Assembly: GCA_946624925.1 (NCBI GenBank)
Contig: CAMOSO010000072.1
Location: 84,896 to 148,895 of the forward strand
Direction of reading: 5' to 3'
From: an uncultured Bacteroidales bacterium
GTDB taxonomy: Bacteria; Bacteroidota; Bacteroidia; Bacteroidales; UBA3824
Length of the DNA: 64,000 nt
In this document: positions 26,777-34,836 of the stretch, piece by piece
Position numbering within the stretch: the stretch's first letter is position 1
Layout: each line of letters begins with the position of its first letter
Notes under the pieces: generated by a model
Told to the model about the DNA's origin: nothing
The model's database searches: none
What the model saw: only the letters and a program-made list of their open reading frames with translations
Position numbers and translations under genes: made by a program

Positions 26777-29614
26777 ATGAAACAAATACTTTCACTACTC
26801 GCAGCCATATTGCTGTCCATCAGCGCAATGGCGCAAATGATGCCCCTGCCGCAAGACCCCGACACACGCGTCGGACGACTTGACAATGGACTCACCTACT
26901 ACATCCGTCACAACGAAAAACCTGAAAACCAAGCCTGTTTCTACATCGCGCAAAAAGTGGGCTCGATGCAGGAAGAAGAACACCAGCGCGGACTCGCCCA
27001 CTTCCTCGAACACATGGCGTTCAACGGCAGCAAGCATTTCCCCGGCAAACGCCTCATCGAAATGTTGAAAGAAAACGGCGTAAGTTTTGGCAGAGAACTC
27101 AACGCCTACACAAGTTTCGACGAGACTGTCTATAACATAGACAACGTACCCACCAACAAAAACACTTGGCTCATCGACTCCTGCCTCCTCGTACTCAGCG
27201 ACTGGAGCGGCGCGCTCACCCTCGACGACAAGGAGATAGACAACGAGCGCGGCGTCATCCACAGCGAATGGCGTATGCGCACCGGTGCTTGGTACCGCAT
27301 GATGGAGCGCAGCATCGAGACCCTCTTCCCCGGCAGCAAATACGGCCGTCGTATGCCAATCGGTCTTATGGACATCGTTGACAACTTCCCCTACCAAGAC
27401 CTCAAAGATTATTACAAGACTTGGTACCATCCTGACCATCAGGCGATTATCGTAGTTGGCGACATCGACGTTGCCCAAATAGAATCCAAGATAAAGCAAT
27501 ACTTCTCCCACTTCACCAACCCCGCCGGTGCGCCCCCGCTCGTGGATTACCCCGTTCCCGACAACAACGAAGCCATCTACGTAAGCGAAAAAGACAAGGA
27601 ACAGACCCGCAACACAATCTCCATCAACTTCAAGAGCGACGTCTGGCCCGATTCCCTCAAAAACACCGTCCAATACTTCGCCTCGCAGGAAATCCAAGAC
27701 CTCATCAACAACATGGCAGAAAGCCGATTCGCGGAACTCGTGCAAGATCCCGACGCGCCATTCACCACCGCCGACGCATATTATTACGACTACATCGTCG
27801 CCAAAACCAAAAACTCATTCGCATTTGAAGGCGTGGCAAAGACCGGCAAAGAACTCGAAACACTCAAAAGCCTATTCCGCGAAGCAATGCGCATAAAGAA
27901 ATACGGATTCACACCCGGCGAATTTGCCCGCGCAAAGATGGAAGAACTCTCACGCGGCGAAAAACTCTACACCAACCGCGCCAAACAGACCAACGAATAT
28001 TACGTTCAAAAATGCGTGGAGCACTTCCTCAACTCAGAGCCGATGATGAGCATCGAACAGGCATACAGCCTCGAACAGTCGCTCCTCAATCAGATAGACC
28101 TCCCGACCGTCAATATGATGGCGCAGAGCCTCATCTCCGCTACCGACACCAACCTCGTAGTAATAGCCCTCGCGCAAGAAAAAGACGGCGCCACATACCT
28201 GACCACCGACCAAATGCGCCAGGCAATAGCCGAAGTACGAGCCGAACAGATACAGCCTTTCGTCGATAACGTCAAAGACGAACCGCTCCTCATACTCAGA
28301 GACCCCAAGTCGCTTAAAATCAAATCAAAAACCACCGACCCCGACCTTGGCACCACCACCTACATACTCCAAAACGGCGCAAAAGTCGTTATGAAAAAGA
28401 CCGACTTCAAGGACGACGAAATCCTGTTTCTCGCGTCGAGGCTGGGCGGCACAAGCAATTTTGACGGTAACGACTACCTCAAATTCCGCTACGCCAGCGA
28501 AATCGCCAATAGCAACGGACTCGGCACATTCTCCTCCGTAGAACTCCAAAAAGCACTCCAAGGCAAACAATGCAACGTCAACGTAAACATCGACAACACA
28601 TCCGAAGAACTTCGCGGGCACTCCACCCCGCAAGACATAGAGACTATGCTCCAAATGGCCTACCTCTACCTGATGCAGCCCGGCACGGACGAAAAGGCAT
28701 TCGAAACATTCCGCAACCAAATGCTCATCAGCGTAACCAACCGCAAGGCCAATCCATCCTCAACCTTCTCCGACACCACCATCTACACGCTCTACAACAA
28801 CTCGCCCCGCGTCAAAACCTACACCGAAGCCGACGTCAAGGCCATGGACTTCAATTCAATAATGCAGTCATACAAGCAACGCCTCGCCAACCCCGCCTCG
28901 ATGACATACTTCTTCATAGGTAATTTTGACGAGCAACAACTATTGAAGTTGGTCATCAAATACATCGGCGCATTGCCCAAAGCGTCAGGCACTTCTTCAA
29001 TACGCAAGAATATGTTGCCGTGGGCAAAAGGCAAAGGCGTCATACGATTTGAAAAAGAGATGCAGACCCCGCAGAGCCTCATCGTCGATTACATTTATAA
29101 AGAGACCGACTACACAATGCGCAACAAAGCCGTAGCCGAACTCTCCGCCGAAGTGCTCAAAACCCTATTCTTCAACGAAATCCGCGAAGAAAAATCCATC
29201 GCATACTCCGCCGCGTGCTACTCGGACTTCTCCCCATCAGAGAATCAGGGCAAAGCCGACGACATCCTCATCTTCCAATGCCCCGTAAAACCTGAATACG
29301 CCGACCTCGCCAACCGCACGATGTACCAAATCGCCCAAAAAGTTGCCGACGAAGGATTCGACGTCCAAGAACTCGAAAAAGCCCGCGAATACTGCCTCAA
29401 ACACCATCAGGAAGTCATAAAGACCAACAACTATTGGGAATGGGTACTCTCCGGCAAATACATCTATTCGCTTGACTATCATACGGGTTATGACGCCACC
29501 TACCGCAGCGTCTCCGCCACCGACGTCCGCGACTACATTTACAATATGCTCCAAACCGCCAACCGTTTCGACTTCATCATGATCCCCAAAGGCACGGAGC
29601 AAAAATCAGAATAA
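26777..29614 (+). CDS. M16-family zinc metallopeptidase (PqqL-like)
   Basis: Signal peptide, GRLDNGLTYYI, GLAHFLEHMAFNG, NAYTSFDET, second half LQNGAKV, EIREEK. Confidence 0.92.
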   Translation: MKQILSLLAAILLSISAMAQMMPLPQDPDTRVGRLDNGLTYYIRHNEKPENQACFYIAQKVGSMQEEEHQRGLAHFLEHMAFNGSKHFPGKRLIEMLKENGVSFGRELNAYTSFDETVYNIDNVPTNKNTWLIDSCLLVLSDWSGALTLDDKEIDNERGVIHSEWRMRTGAWYRMMERSIETLFPGSKYGRRMPIGLMDIVDNFPYQDLKDYYKTWYHPDHQAIIVVGDIDVAQIESKIKQYFSHFTNPAGAPPLVDYPVPDNNEAIYVSEKDKEQTRNTISINFKSDVWPDSLKNTVQYFASQEIQDLINNMAESRFAELVQDPDAPFTTADAYYYDYIVAKTKNSFAFEGVAKTGKELETLKSLFREAMRIKKYGFTPGEFARAKMEELSRGEKLYTNRAKQTNEYYVQKCVEHFLNSEPMMSIEQAYSLEQSLLNQIDLPTVNMMAQSLISATDTNLVVIALAQEKDGATYLTTDQMRQAIAEVRAEQIQPFVDNVKDEPLLILRDPKSLKIKSKTTDPDLGTTTYILQNGAKVVMKKTDFKDDEILFLASRLGGTSNFDGNDYLKFRYASEIANSNGLGTFSSVELQKALQGKQCNVNVNIDNTSEELRGHSTPQDIETMLQMAYLYLMQPGTDEKAFETFRNQMLISVTNRKANPSSTFSDTTIYTLYNNSPRVKTYTEADVKAMDFNSIMQSYKQRLANPASMTYFFIGNFDEQQLLKLVIKYIGALPKASGTSSIRKNMLPWAKGKGVIRFEKEMQTPQSLIVDYIYKETDYTMRNKAVAELSAEVLKTLFFNEIREEKSIAYSAACYSDFSPSENQGKADDILIFQCPVKPEYADLANRTMYQIAQKVADEGFDVQELEKAREYCLKHHQEVIKTNNYWEWVLSGKYIYSLDYHTGYDATYRSVSATDVRDYIYNMLQTANRFDFIMIPKGTEQKSE

Positions 29615-29616
29615 TT

Positions 29617-29709
29617 TGGAGTGCGGACGGCTCGTCCGCCAAAACAATGGAGTGCGGACATCTTGTCCGCCAAAACAATGGAATATGGACGGCTCGTCCG
29701 CCAAAACAA
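29617..29709 (+). repeat. Three tandem 31-bp REP-like units
   Basis: TGGAGTGCGGACGGCTCGTCCGCCAAAACAA x3 with variants; no spacers. Confidence 0.9.
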
Positions 29710-29710
29710 T

Positions 29711-29745
29711 AAAAAAAGCCATCACACGCTATGATGGCTTTTTTT
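29711..29745. terminator. Bidirectional intrinsic terminator
   Basis: A7-GCCATCA-cacgcta-TGATGGC-T7. Confidence 0.85.
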
Positions 29746-30082
29746 GTTAAACATCCAAACCGAAACAACGGATTGTTTTGCGGAGAGTCGTCAACGACAG
29801 TAATTTTATGCACCCACAACGAAAAAATATTCACGCGGCATAATATTCGCGACCATTAAGCCGTTATAATACAAAAAACAGCAAATGATGCACATTAAAA
29901 CCATAACACAAACAAGCCAACTATTTTTTGCAAATGTAACATGGAGGAATTTTATGCAGTTAGATTTACAAAACAATGATACAACTATAATACCTTGCGG
30001 ACAATTATACATAGAATCGTCCGCAAGGTATTTTTGCATACACATCAGACAATCAATTAATTAATAATTAATACATAAGCCA

Positions 30083-31588
30083 ATGAAAAAACTATTATTA
30101 TTCATCATTGCGGCACTACTCTTTGCAACGAGTGCCAACGCGCAGTGGGGGCTTATAGACCTCGGCGCAGCAGCCGTCAACAAGGCCAAGGAGAAGAAGG
30201 CTGAGAAAAGGCAAGCGGCTCTCTCCGACCTCCATCTCCCCACAACTCCCGACAAGAAAGCCAAACCAATCACATTCAAGTGGGGAAACACAACCATCGG
30301 CACCTACAACCCCACGACATTCGAAATCGCCTTCAACCTCAAATACGAGGACGGTTCAATGAAGGGTCAGCAGATTGTCTATAAGATAGACCCAGCCACA
30401 GGCGATGTCAAGAGCAACAACGGCACACCGAAAGGCTATATGAGGGACGGCGGCGAAATCGAATCTCCCAACCTCGGCAAACTGCAAGCCAAGCGAGAAG
30501 GCGGCAAAACAATTGTTTACCGCAACGGCAAGGAAATTGGACAAGTGAACACCGCAAAAGCCTGGTGCGAAGGCAATGACAACATCGGCTCATTCGACCA
30601 AGACGTCAGCAACCTCTTGGTGGCATATCTCTATTTCGGTTGCCTCGTTGCCGAAAGTCAACTCATCGAGTGGAAGGCAGAGCCAATAATTCCCCAGCCA
30701 TCCAAAGAACTCAAAGAGGTAACATTCAAGGTAGAAGGCGACGTATTCGGCACTTGGAATCCCGAAACACTCCAACTGACCACCACCCTCACTTACAAGG
30801 AAGGAGCAAATGCCGGCAAAAAAATCATTATGATTCTCGACCCTCAGACTGGCAAAATCGCCAACAACGCAGGCGCTGTATTGGGCTCAATCAACAACAA
30901 CGGCACAATAATCTCCATCGATGGTGACAAATACACATTGAAAGACGGCAAAGTTTACGACGGCAACGCAATCGTCGGCATCATAGGCAAAGACCACACT
31001 GTAACGAGTTACGATGCCCAAGTCGGCGAAATGGACGGCTATGTAAGCCCGCTATTGGCAGCATACGTTTACTTCGGCGTACTCATCAGCAAGGAAAACA
31101 TTGCCACATACAAAGCCGAACAAGAAGCACGAATCAAGGCCGAAGCAGAACGCCGCGCACAAGAAGAAGCAGCACGCAAAAAGGCTGAAGAAGAGCGTTT
31201 GAAGGCAGAATTGGCAAATTTGATACCTGTGCAAAAAGGATCCTCAACAGTAGGTTACGTTGCAAAGAGCGGCAATGTTTACAACCGCGACAAGAAAATA
31301 ATAGGTCAATTGCCCTCTGGCGGCTGCGGCACAATTAAAGACAGCGGCGGTTGGCGGATTGGCGACATCAGTTGCGATACAGAAATCACCAACAGTTCTG
31401 GCAAAAAATGGAGAGTTCACGGCAGAACTATCTACGTATTGAGCAATGGCACATACGGAGAATGGGAAACAATAGGCAGTGTAGATAGTTACGGAAGAGT
31501 TAATCTCGGATCCTCACAAGTCGGCGAATGTAATTGCGGTTATGATAAATGGGCAGTTGCGCTCATTATCTGCGGCTTCTTCTTCTAA
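30083..31588 (+). CDS. Secreted hypothetical protein with duplicated beta-rich domain and coiled coil
   Basis: Signal peptide ending ANA-Q; two similar ~145-aa units; E/A/R/K-rich helix; Gly-rich beta-hairpin C-terminus. Confidence 0.75.
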   Translation: MKKLLLFIIAALLFATSANAQWGLIDLGAAAVNKAKEKKAEKRQAALSDLHLPTTPDKKAKPITFKWGNTTIGTYNPTTFEIAFNLKYEDGSMKGQQIVYKIDPATGDVKSNNGTPKGYMRDGGEIESPNLGKLQAKREGGKTIVYRNGKEIGQVNTAKAWCEGNDNIGSFDQDVSNLLVAYLYFGCLVAESQLIEWKAEPIIPQPSKELKEVTFKVEGDVFGTWNPETLQLTTTLTYKEGANAGKKIIMILDPQTGKIANNAGAVLGSINNNGTIISIDGDKYTLKDGKVYDGNAIVGIIGKDHTVTSYDAQVGEMDGYVSPLLAAYVYFGVLISKENIATYKAEQEARIKAEAERRAQEEAARKKAEEERLKAELANLIPVQKGSSTVGYVAKSGNVYNRDKKIIGQLPSGGCGTIKDSGGWRIGDISCDTEITNSSGKKWRVHGRTIYVLSNGTYGEWETIGSVDSYGRVNLGSSQVGECNCGYDKWAVALIICGFFF

Positions 31589-31612
31589 CTCCTCTCCCCC
31601 ACCCCATACCTT

Positions 31613-31652
31613 CAAACGGCTGTCGCCACACGCGGCAGCCGTTTGTTGTTTT
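31613..31652 (+). terminator. Intrinsic terminator
   Basis: CAAACGGCTGTCGC/GCGGCAGCCGTTTG stem then TTGTTTT. Confidence 0.75.
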
Positions 31653-31727
31653 CATACGCAAAAAAAATTTGCAGAAAAAAAAGTATTGTGTATATTTGCA
31701 AAAAATAATCTCTAAAACATACACACA

Positions 31728-32018
31728 ATGGACAGAGAACGATTAAAAGCAATAGGTGACAACCTTTGGGACACACTCTCAGACGACGACAGGGAATGGC
31801 TTGCCGAGTATCTGACGACAGACACCGCGAGGAAACCATTCAAGCGTTATTCTATGGACGAAATCAACACAATGCTCGACGAGGCGGAGGCACGGTTTGA
31901 CGCTGGAAGATACGTTACCAACGAAGAAGTTATGCGGAGATTAGACCTATTAATTGACCACAGCCAACGAACAGAAACTGAGCAAGAAGAACAATTTGAA
32001 ATGGCTATCGCTGTATGA
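31728..32018 (+). CDS. Putative antitoxin
   Basis: RYSMDEINTMLDEAEARFDAGRYVTNEEV; ATGA overlap with a RelE/ParE gene. Confidence 0.65.
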   Translation: MDRERLKAIGDNLWDTLSDDDREWLAEYLTTDTARKPFKRYSMDEINTMLDEAEARFDAGRYVTNEEVMRRLDLLIDHSQRTETEQEEQFEMAIAV

Positions 32019-32332
32019 AAATTCATTGGGACGAAAAGGCTGAAAGGCAAATGAACCAAGTAGCCATCTATATATTACAAAATTTTGGCGTTAAAAGTTT
32101 GATTAACTTCCGTCAGGAATTAAACCATACCACCGAACTCTTACAGTCAAATCCATATATGTGTGCATTAGAATCATTGTTGACTAAACGCTCGCGAACA
32201 TATCGTAGCACAATCATCAACAAACTAAGCAAAATGGTGTATTATGTTGACGAGCAAAACGAAACAATACATATCGCCGCATTTTGGGACTGTCGTCGCG
32301 AACCATTGGCACAAATCGAACACCTGGAATAA
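32015..32332 (+). CDS. RelE/ParE-family toxin
   Basis: MKIHWDEKA...YI..NFG...NPYM...YRS...YYVD...IAAFWDCRREP. Confidence 0.85.
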   Translation: MKIHWDEKAERQMNQVAIYILQNFGVKSLINFRQELNHTTELLQSNPYMCALESLLTKRSRTYRSTIINKLSKMVYYVDEQNETIHIAAFWDCRREPLAQIEHLE

Positions 32333-32351
32333 CAAAACATAAATTACAATT

Positions 32352-33257
32352 ATGTCCCTCACAATCGAACACCTAACCAAATCCTACGGCGCAAACATCG
32401 CCGTCAACGACATATCCTTCCGCATCGACAGCGGCGAGGTAGTGGGCTTCCTCGGGCCAAACGGCGCGGGCAAAAGCACCACGATGAAAATCATAACAGG
32501 CTGCATATCAGCCGACAGCGGTACAGTACTCATCAACGGCACAGACATCGCCACGGGCGGCACCGCGCTCAAACACGCCATCGGCTACCTGCCCGAAAAC
32601 AACCCGCTATACCTCAATATGTACGTCCGCGAATACCTCGAATATGCGGCAATGATGTACATGCCACAAAGCGAAACTTTAAGTGCAGTCAATTATGCCG
32701 TTGATGCAGTTGGACTTGGCGAACATCAATATAAAAAAATCGGTGAACTCTCCAAAGGTTACCGCCAACGCACCGGCATAGCCCGTGCAATGGTGCACAA
32801 CCCCGAAATACTCATCCTCGACGAGCCCACAACCGGCCTCGACCCAAATCAAATCGTCGAAATCCGCAACCTCATCAAAGAACTCGGCAAGGAGAAGACC
32901 GTAATACTCTCCACGCACATAATGCAGGAGGCGGAGGCAGTCTGCAACCGCGCCATCATCATCCGCAAAGGCACAATCGTAGCCGACGACACCCTCGCCG
33001 CCCTCAAAGCGCACAACACCCGCCGCACGATAATAGTGGAGTTTGACCAAGACATCGACCCAAAAAAACTCAGCGCAATCCCCGGCATCGACAACGTGGA
33101 AGGCGCGGGACGTCAGTGGCAACTCACCGTGAGCGGCGACGACACCGAGGCAAGACGCGCAGTGTTCCAATTCGCAGCACAAAACAACATCCCGCTCCTC
33201 GAGCTCCGCCGCGAAAACAGCTCACTCGAAAACATATTCCACGAACTCACATTTTAG
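32352..33257 (+). CDS. gldA: ABC transporter ATP-binding protein, GldA-like
   Basis: GFLGPNGAGKSTTMK, IGYLPENNPLY, LSKGYRQR, DEPTTGLDPNQ, STHIMQE, SLENIFHELT. Confidence 0.75.
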   Translation: MSLTIEHLTKSYGANIAVNDISFRIDSGEVVGFLGPNGAGKSTTMKIITGCISADSGTVLINGTDIATGGTALKHAIGYLPENNPLYLNMYVREYLEYAAMMYMPQSETLSAVNYAVDAVGLGEHQYKKIGELSKGYRQRTGIARAMVHNPEILILDEPTTGLDPNQIVEIRNLIKELGKEKTVILSTHIMQEAEAVCNRAIIIRKGTIVADDTLAALKAHNTRRTIIVEFDQDIDPKKLSAIPGIDNVEGAGRQWQLTVSGDDTEARRAVFQFAAQNNIPLLELRRENSSLENIFHELTF

Positions 33258-33338
33258 GAAAAAAATTTGGAGAAAAAGCTCCAAACCAAAAAACATTTTA
33301 TATATTTGCGGAGAATTATACGACCCTAATCAGAAAGT

Positions 33339-34382
33339 ATGATGAATACAAACAACGATTTCAACCCCGATTGGAGCAAAATCGGGTTCGGTTACGTAAA
33401 GACCGACTACAACATAAGGTGCTACCACCGCAACGGCAAGTGGGGCGAGATAGAAATATCCAGCGACGAAAACATCAATATGTCGATGGCCGCCACCTGC
33501 CTCCACTACGGACAGGAAGCATTCGAGGGTATGAAGGCATACCGTGGCAAAGACGGCAAAGTACGTCTCTTCCGCCCGGAAGAAAACGCCGCTCGAATGC
33601 AGTCAACATCACGCGGCATCCTCATGCCAGAAGTGCCTACCGACCTGTTCGTAAAGATGACCGAGATGGTCGTCAAACTCAACGCACGATTCATCCCCCC
33701 CTACGGCTACGGCGCAACACTCTACATACGCCCGTTGCTCATCGGCGTGGGACCCACAGTGGGTGTAAAGCCCAGCCCCGAATACCTCTTTATGATATTC
33801 GTAACGCCCGTAGGCCCGTACTTCAAGGGCGGATTTGCCACCGGCGACTTCATGATTACCCGCAAATATGACCGCTCCGCGCCCCTCGGCACCGGCATCT
33901 ACAAGGTAGGCGGCAACTACGCCGCATCGCTCCGTGCCAACAAGGAAGCGCACGACCTCGGCTACAACGGCGAGTTTTATCTTGACGCCAAAGAGAAGAA
34001 ATACATCGACGAATGTGGCGCGGCCAACTTCTTCGGCATCAAGGGCAACACCTACGTAACGCCCAAATCGACATCCATCCTCCCCTCCATCACCAACAAG
34101 AGCCTCATGCAACTTGCAGAATGGATGGGCTACAAGGTGGAACGCCGTCCGATTCCCGAAGAGGAACTTTTGGAATTTGACGAGGCGGGAGCCTGCGGCA
34201 CTGCTGCGGTAATCACCCCGATACACGAAATAGTCGATGTAGAAAACAACAAGACCTACGTCCTCACCAAAGACGGCAAGCCCGGCCCAGTCTGCACAAA
34301 ACTCTACGAAAAGTACGTCGCCATCCAATTCGGCGAGTGCGAAGACCCATTCGGCTGGACCCGCGTCGTAGAAGGCATCTAA
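33339..34382 (+). CDS. ilvE: Branched-chain amino acid aminotransferase
   Basis: LHYGQEAFEGMKA, LYIRP, KVGGNYA, ILPSIT, CGTAAVI. Confidence 0.95.
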   Translation: MMNTNNDFNPDWSKIGFGYVKTDYNIRCYHRNGKWGEIEISSDENINMSMAATCLHYGQEAFEGMKAYRGKDGKVRLFRPEENAARMQSTSRGILMPEVPTDLFVKMTEMVVKLNARFIPPYGYGATLYIRPLLIGVGPTVGVKPSPEYLFMIFVTPVGPYFKGGFATGDFMITRKYDRSAPLGTGIYKVGGNYAASLRANKEAHDLGYNGEFYLDAKEKKYIDECGAANFFGIKGNTYVTPKSTSILPSITNKSLMQLAEWMGYKVERRPIPEEELLEFDEAGACGTAAVITPIHEIVDVENNKTYVLTKDGKPGPVCTKLYEKYVAIQFGECEDPFGWTRVVEGI

Positions 34383-34385
34383 CAT

Positions 34386-34408
34386 TGGAGTGCGGACGGC
34401 TCGTCCGC
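34386..34408 (+). repeat. REP-like palindrome
   Basis: Identical to the core of the unit at 29617; 3 nt after the ilvE stop. Confidence 0.85.
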
Positions 34409-34419
34409 GAAAAAAGGAA

Positions 34420-34506
34420 GGGACTGTCACAAAAGGTGGGAAGCGAGCTTCCCAAGGATTTGCAGGCAAGGATGTCAGCATTCCAAATGCCATTTCCGAC
34501 AGTCCC
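34420..34506. repeat. MITE-like element with 9-bp terminal inverted repeats
   Basis: GGGACTGTC...GACAGTCCC with internal hairpin TGGGAAGC-ga-GCTTCCCA. Confidence 0.4.
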
Positions 34507-34536
34507 ATTTTTTTTAATGCAAAAAAACTATTTATA

Positions 34537-34568
34537 TTTGGTTATATTAAAAATAATCCATATATTTG
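34537..34568 (+). promoter_or_regulatory. Bacteroidota sigma-A promoter
   Basis: TTTG (34537) - 20 nt - TATATTTG (34561). Confidence 0.75.
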
Positions 34569-34572
34569 CATC

Positions 34573-34782
34573 GGATTGCAGATAGCAATCCACGAATAGG
34601 TATTTTGAAAGGCATTGTGCTGTAATCGTTTGATGAAACGTGGAAAATTTCAGGAGTAATGGTTATTGCACAACTGCCACGCCTACTATAATAAGGCGTG
34701 GTCTGTTGTGTTATATTATTACTTCGGGTACATTCCACGACCTCATCAAACAATATGACGAAAGACAAGACTGCGCTTTTTT
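34573..34782 (+). ncRNA. Candidate two-state cis-regulatory leader RNA (terminator/antiterminator)
   Basis: Four segments with mutually exclusive pairings A:B + C:D versus B:C; D ends in a T tract. Confidence 0.65.
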
Positions 34783-34836
34783 GTGTTTCTGTTGCGCAAT
34801 TCCTTTGTATTATCAAATTTAATTATATCGACAAAA

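Noticed and set aside
26795-27745. 316-aa minus-strand ORF
   Set aside because: Antisense shadow of the M16 peptidase gene
29617-29709. CRISPR array
   Set aside because: The 31-bp units are contiguous with no unique spacers and there are no cas genes; solo copies elsewhere indicate a REP
29989-30032. Invertible promoter
   Set aside because: Only 16 bp between the inverted repeats, no -7 box inside, no recombinase nearby
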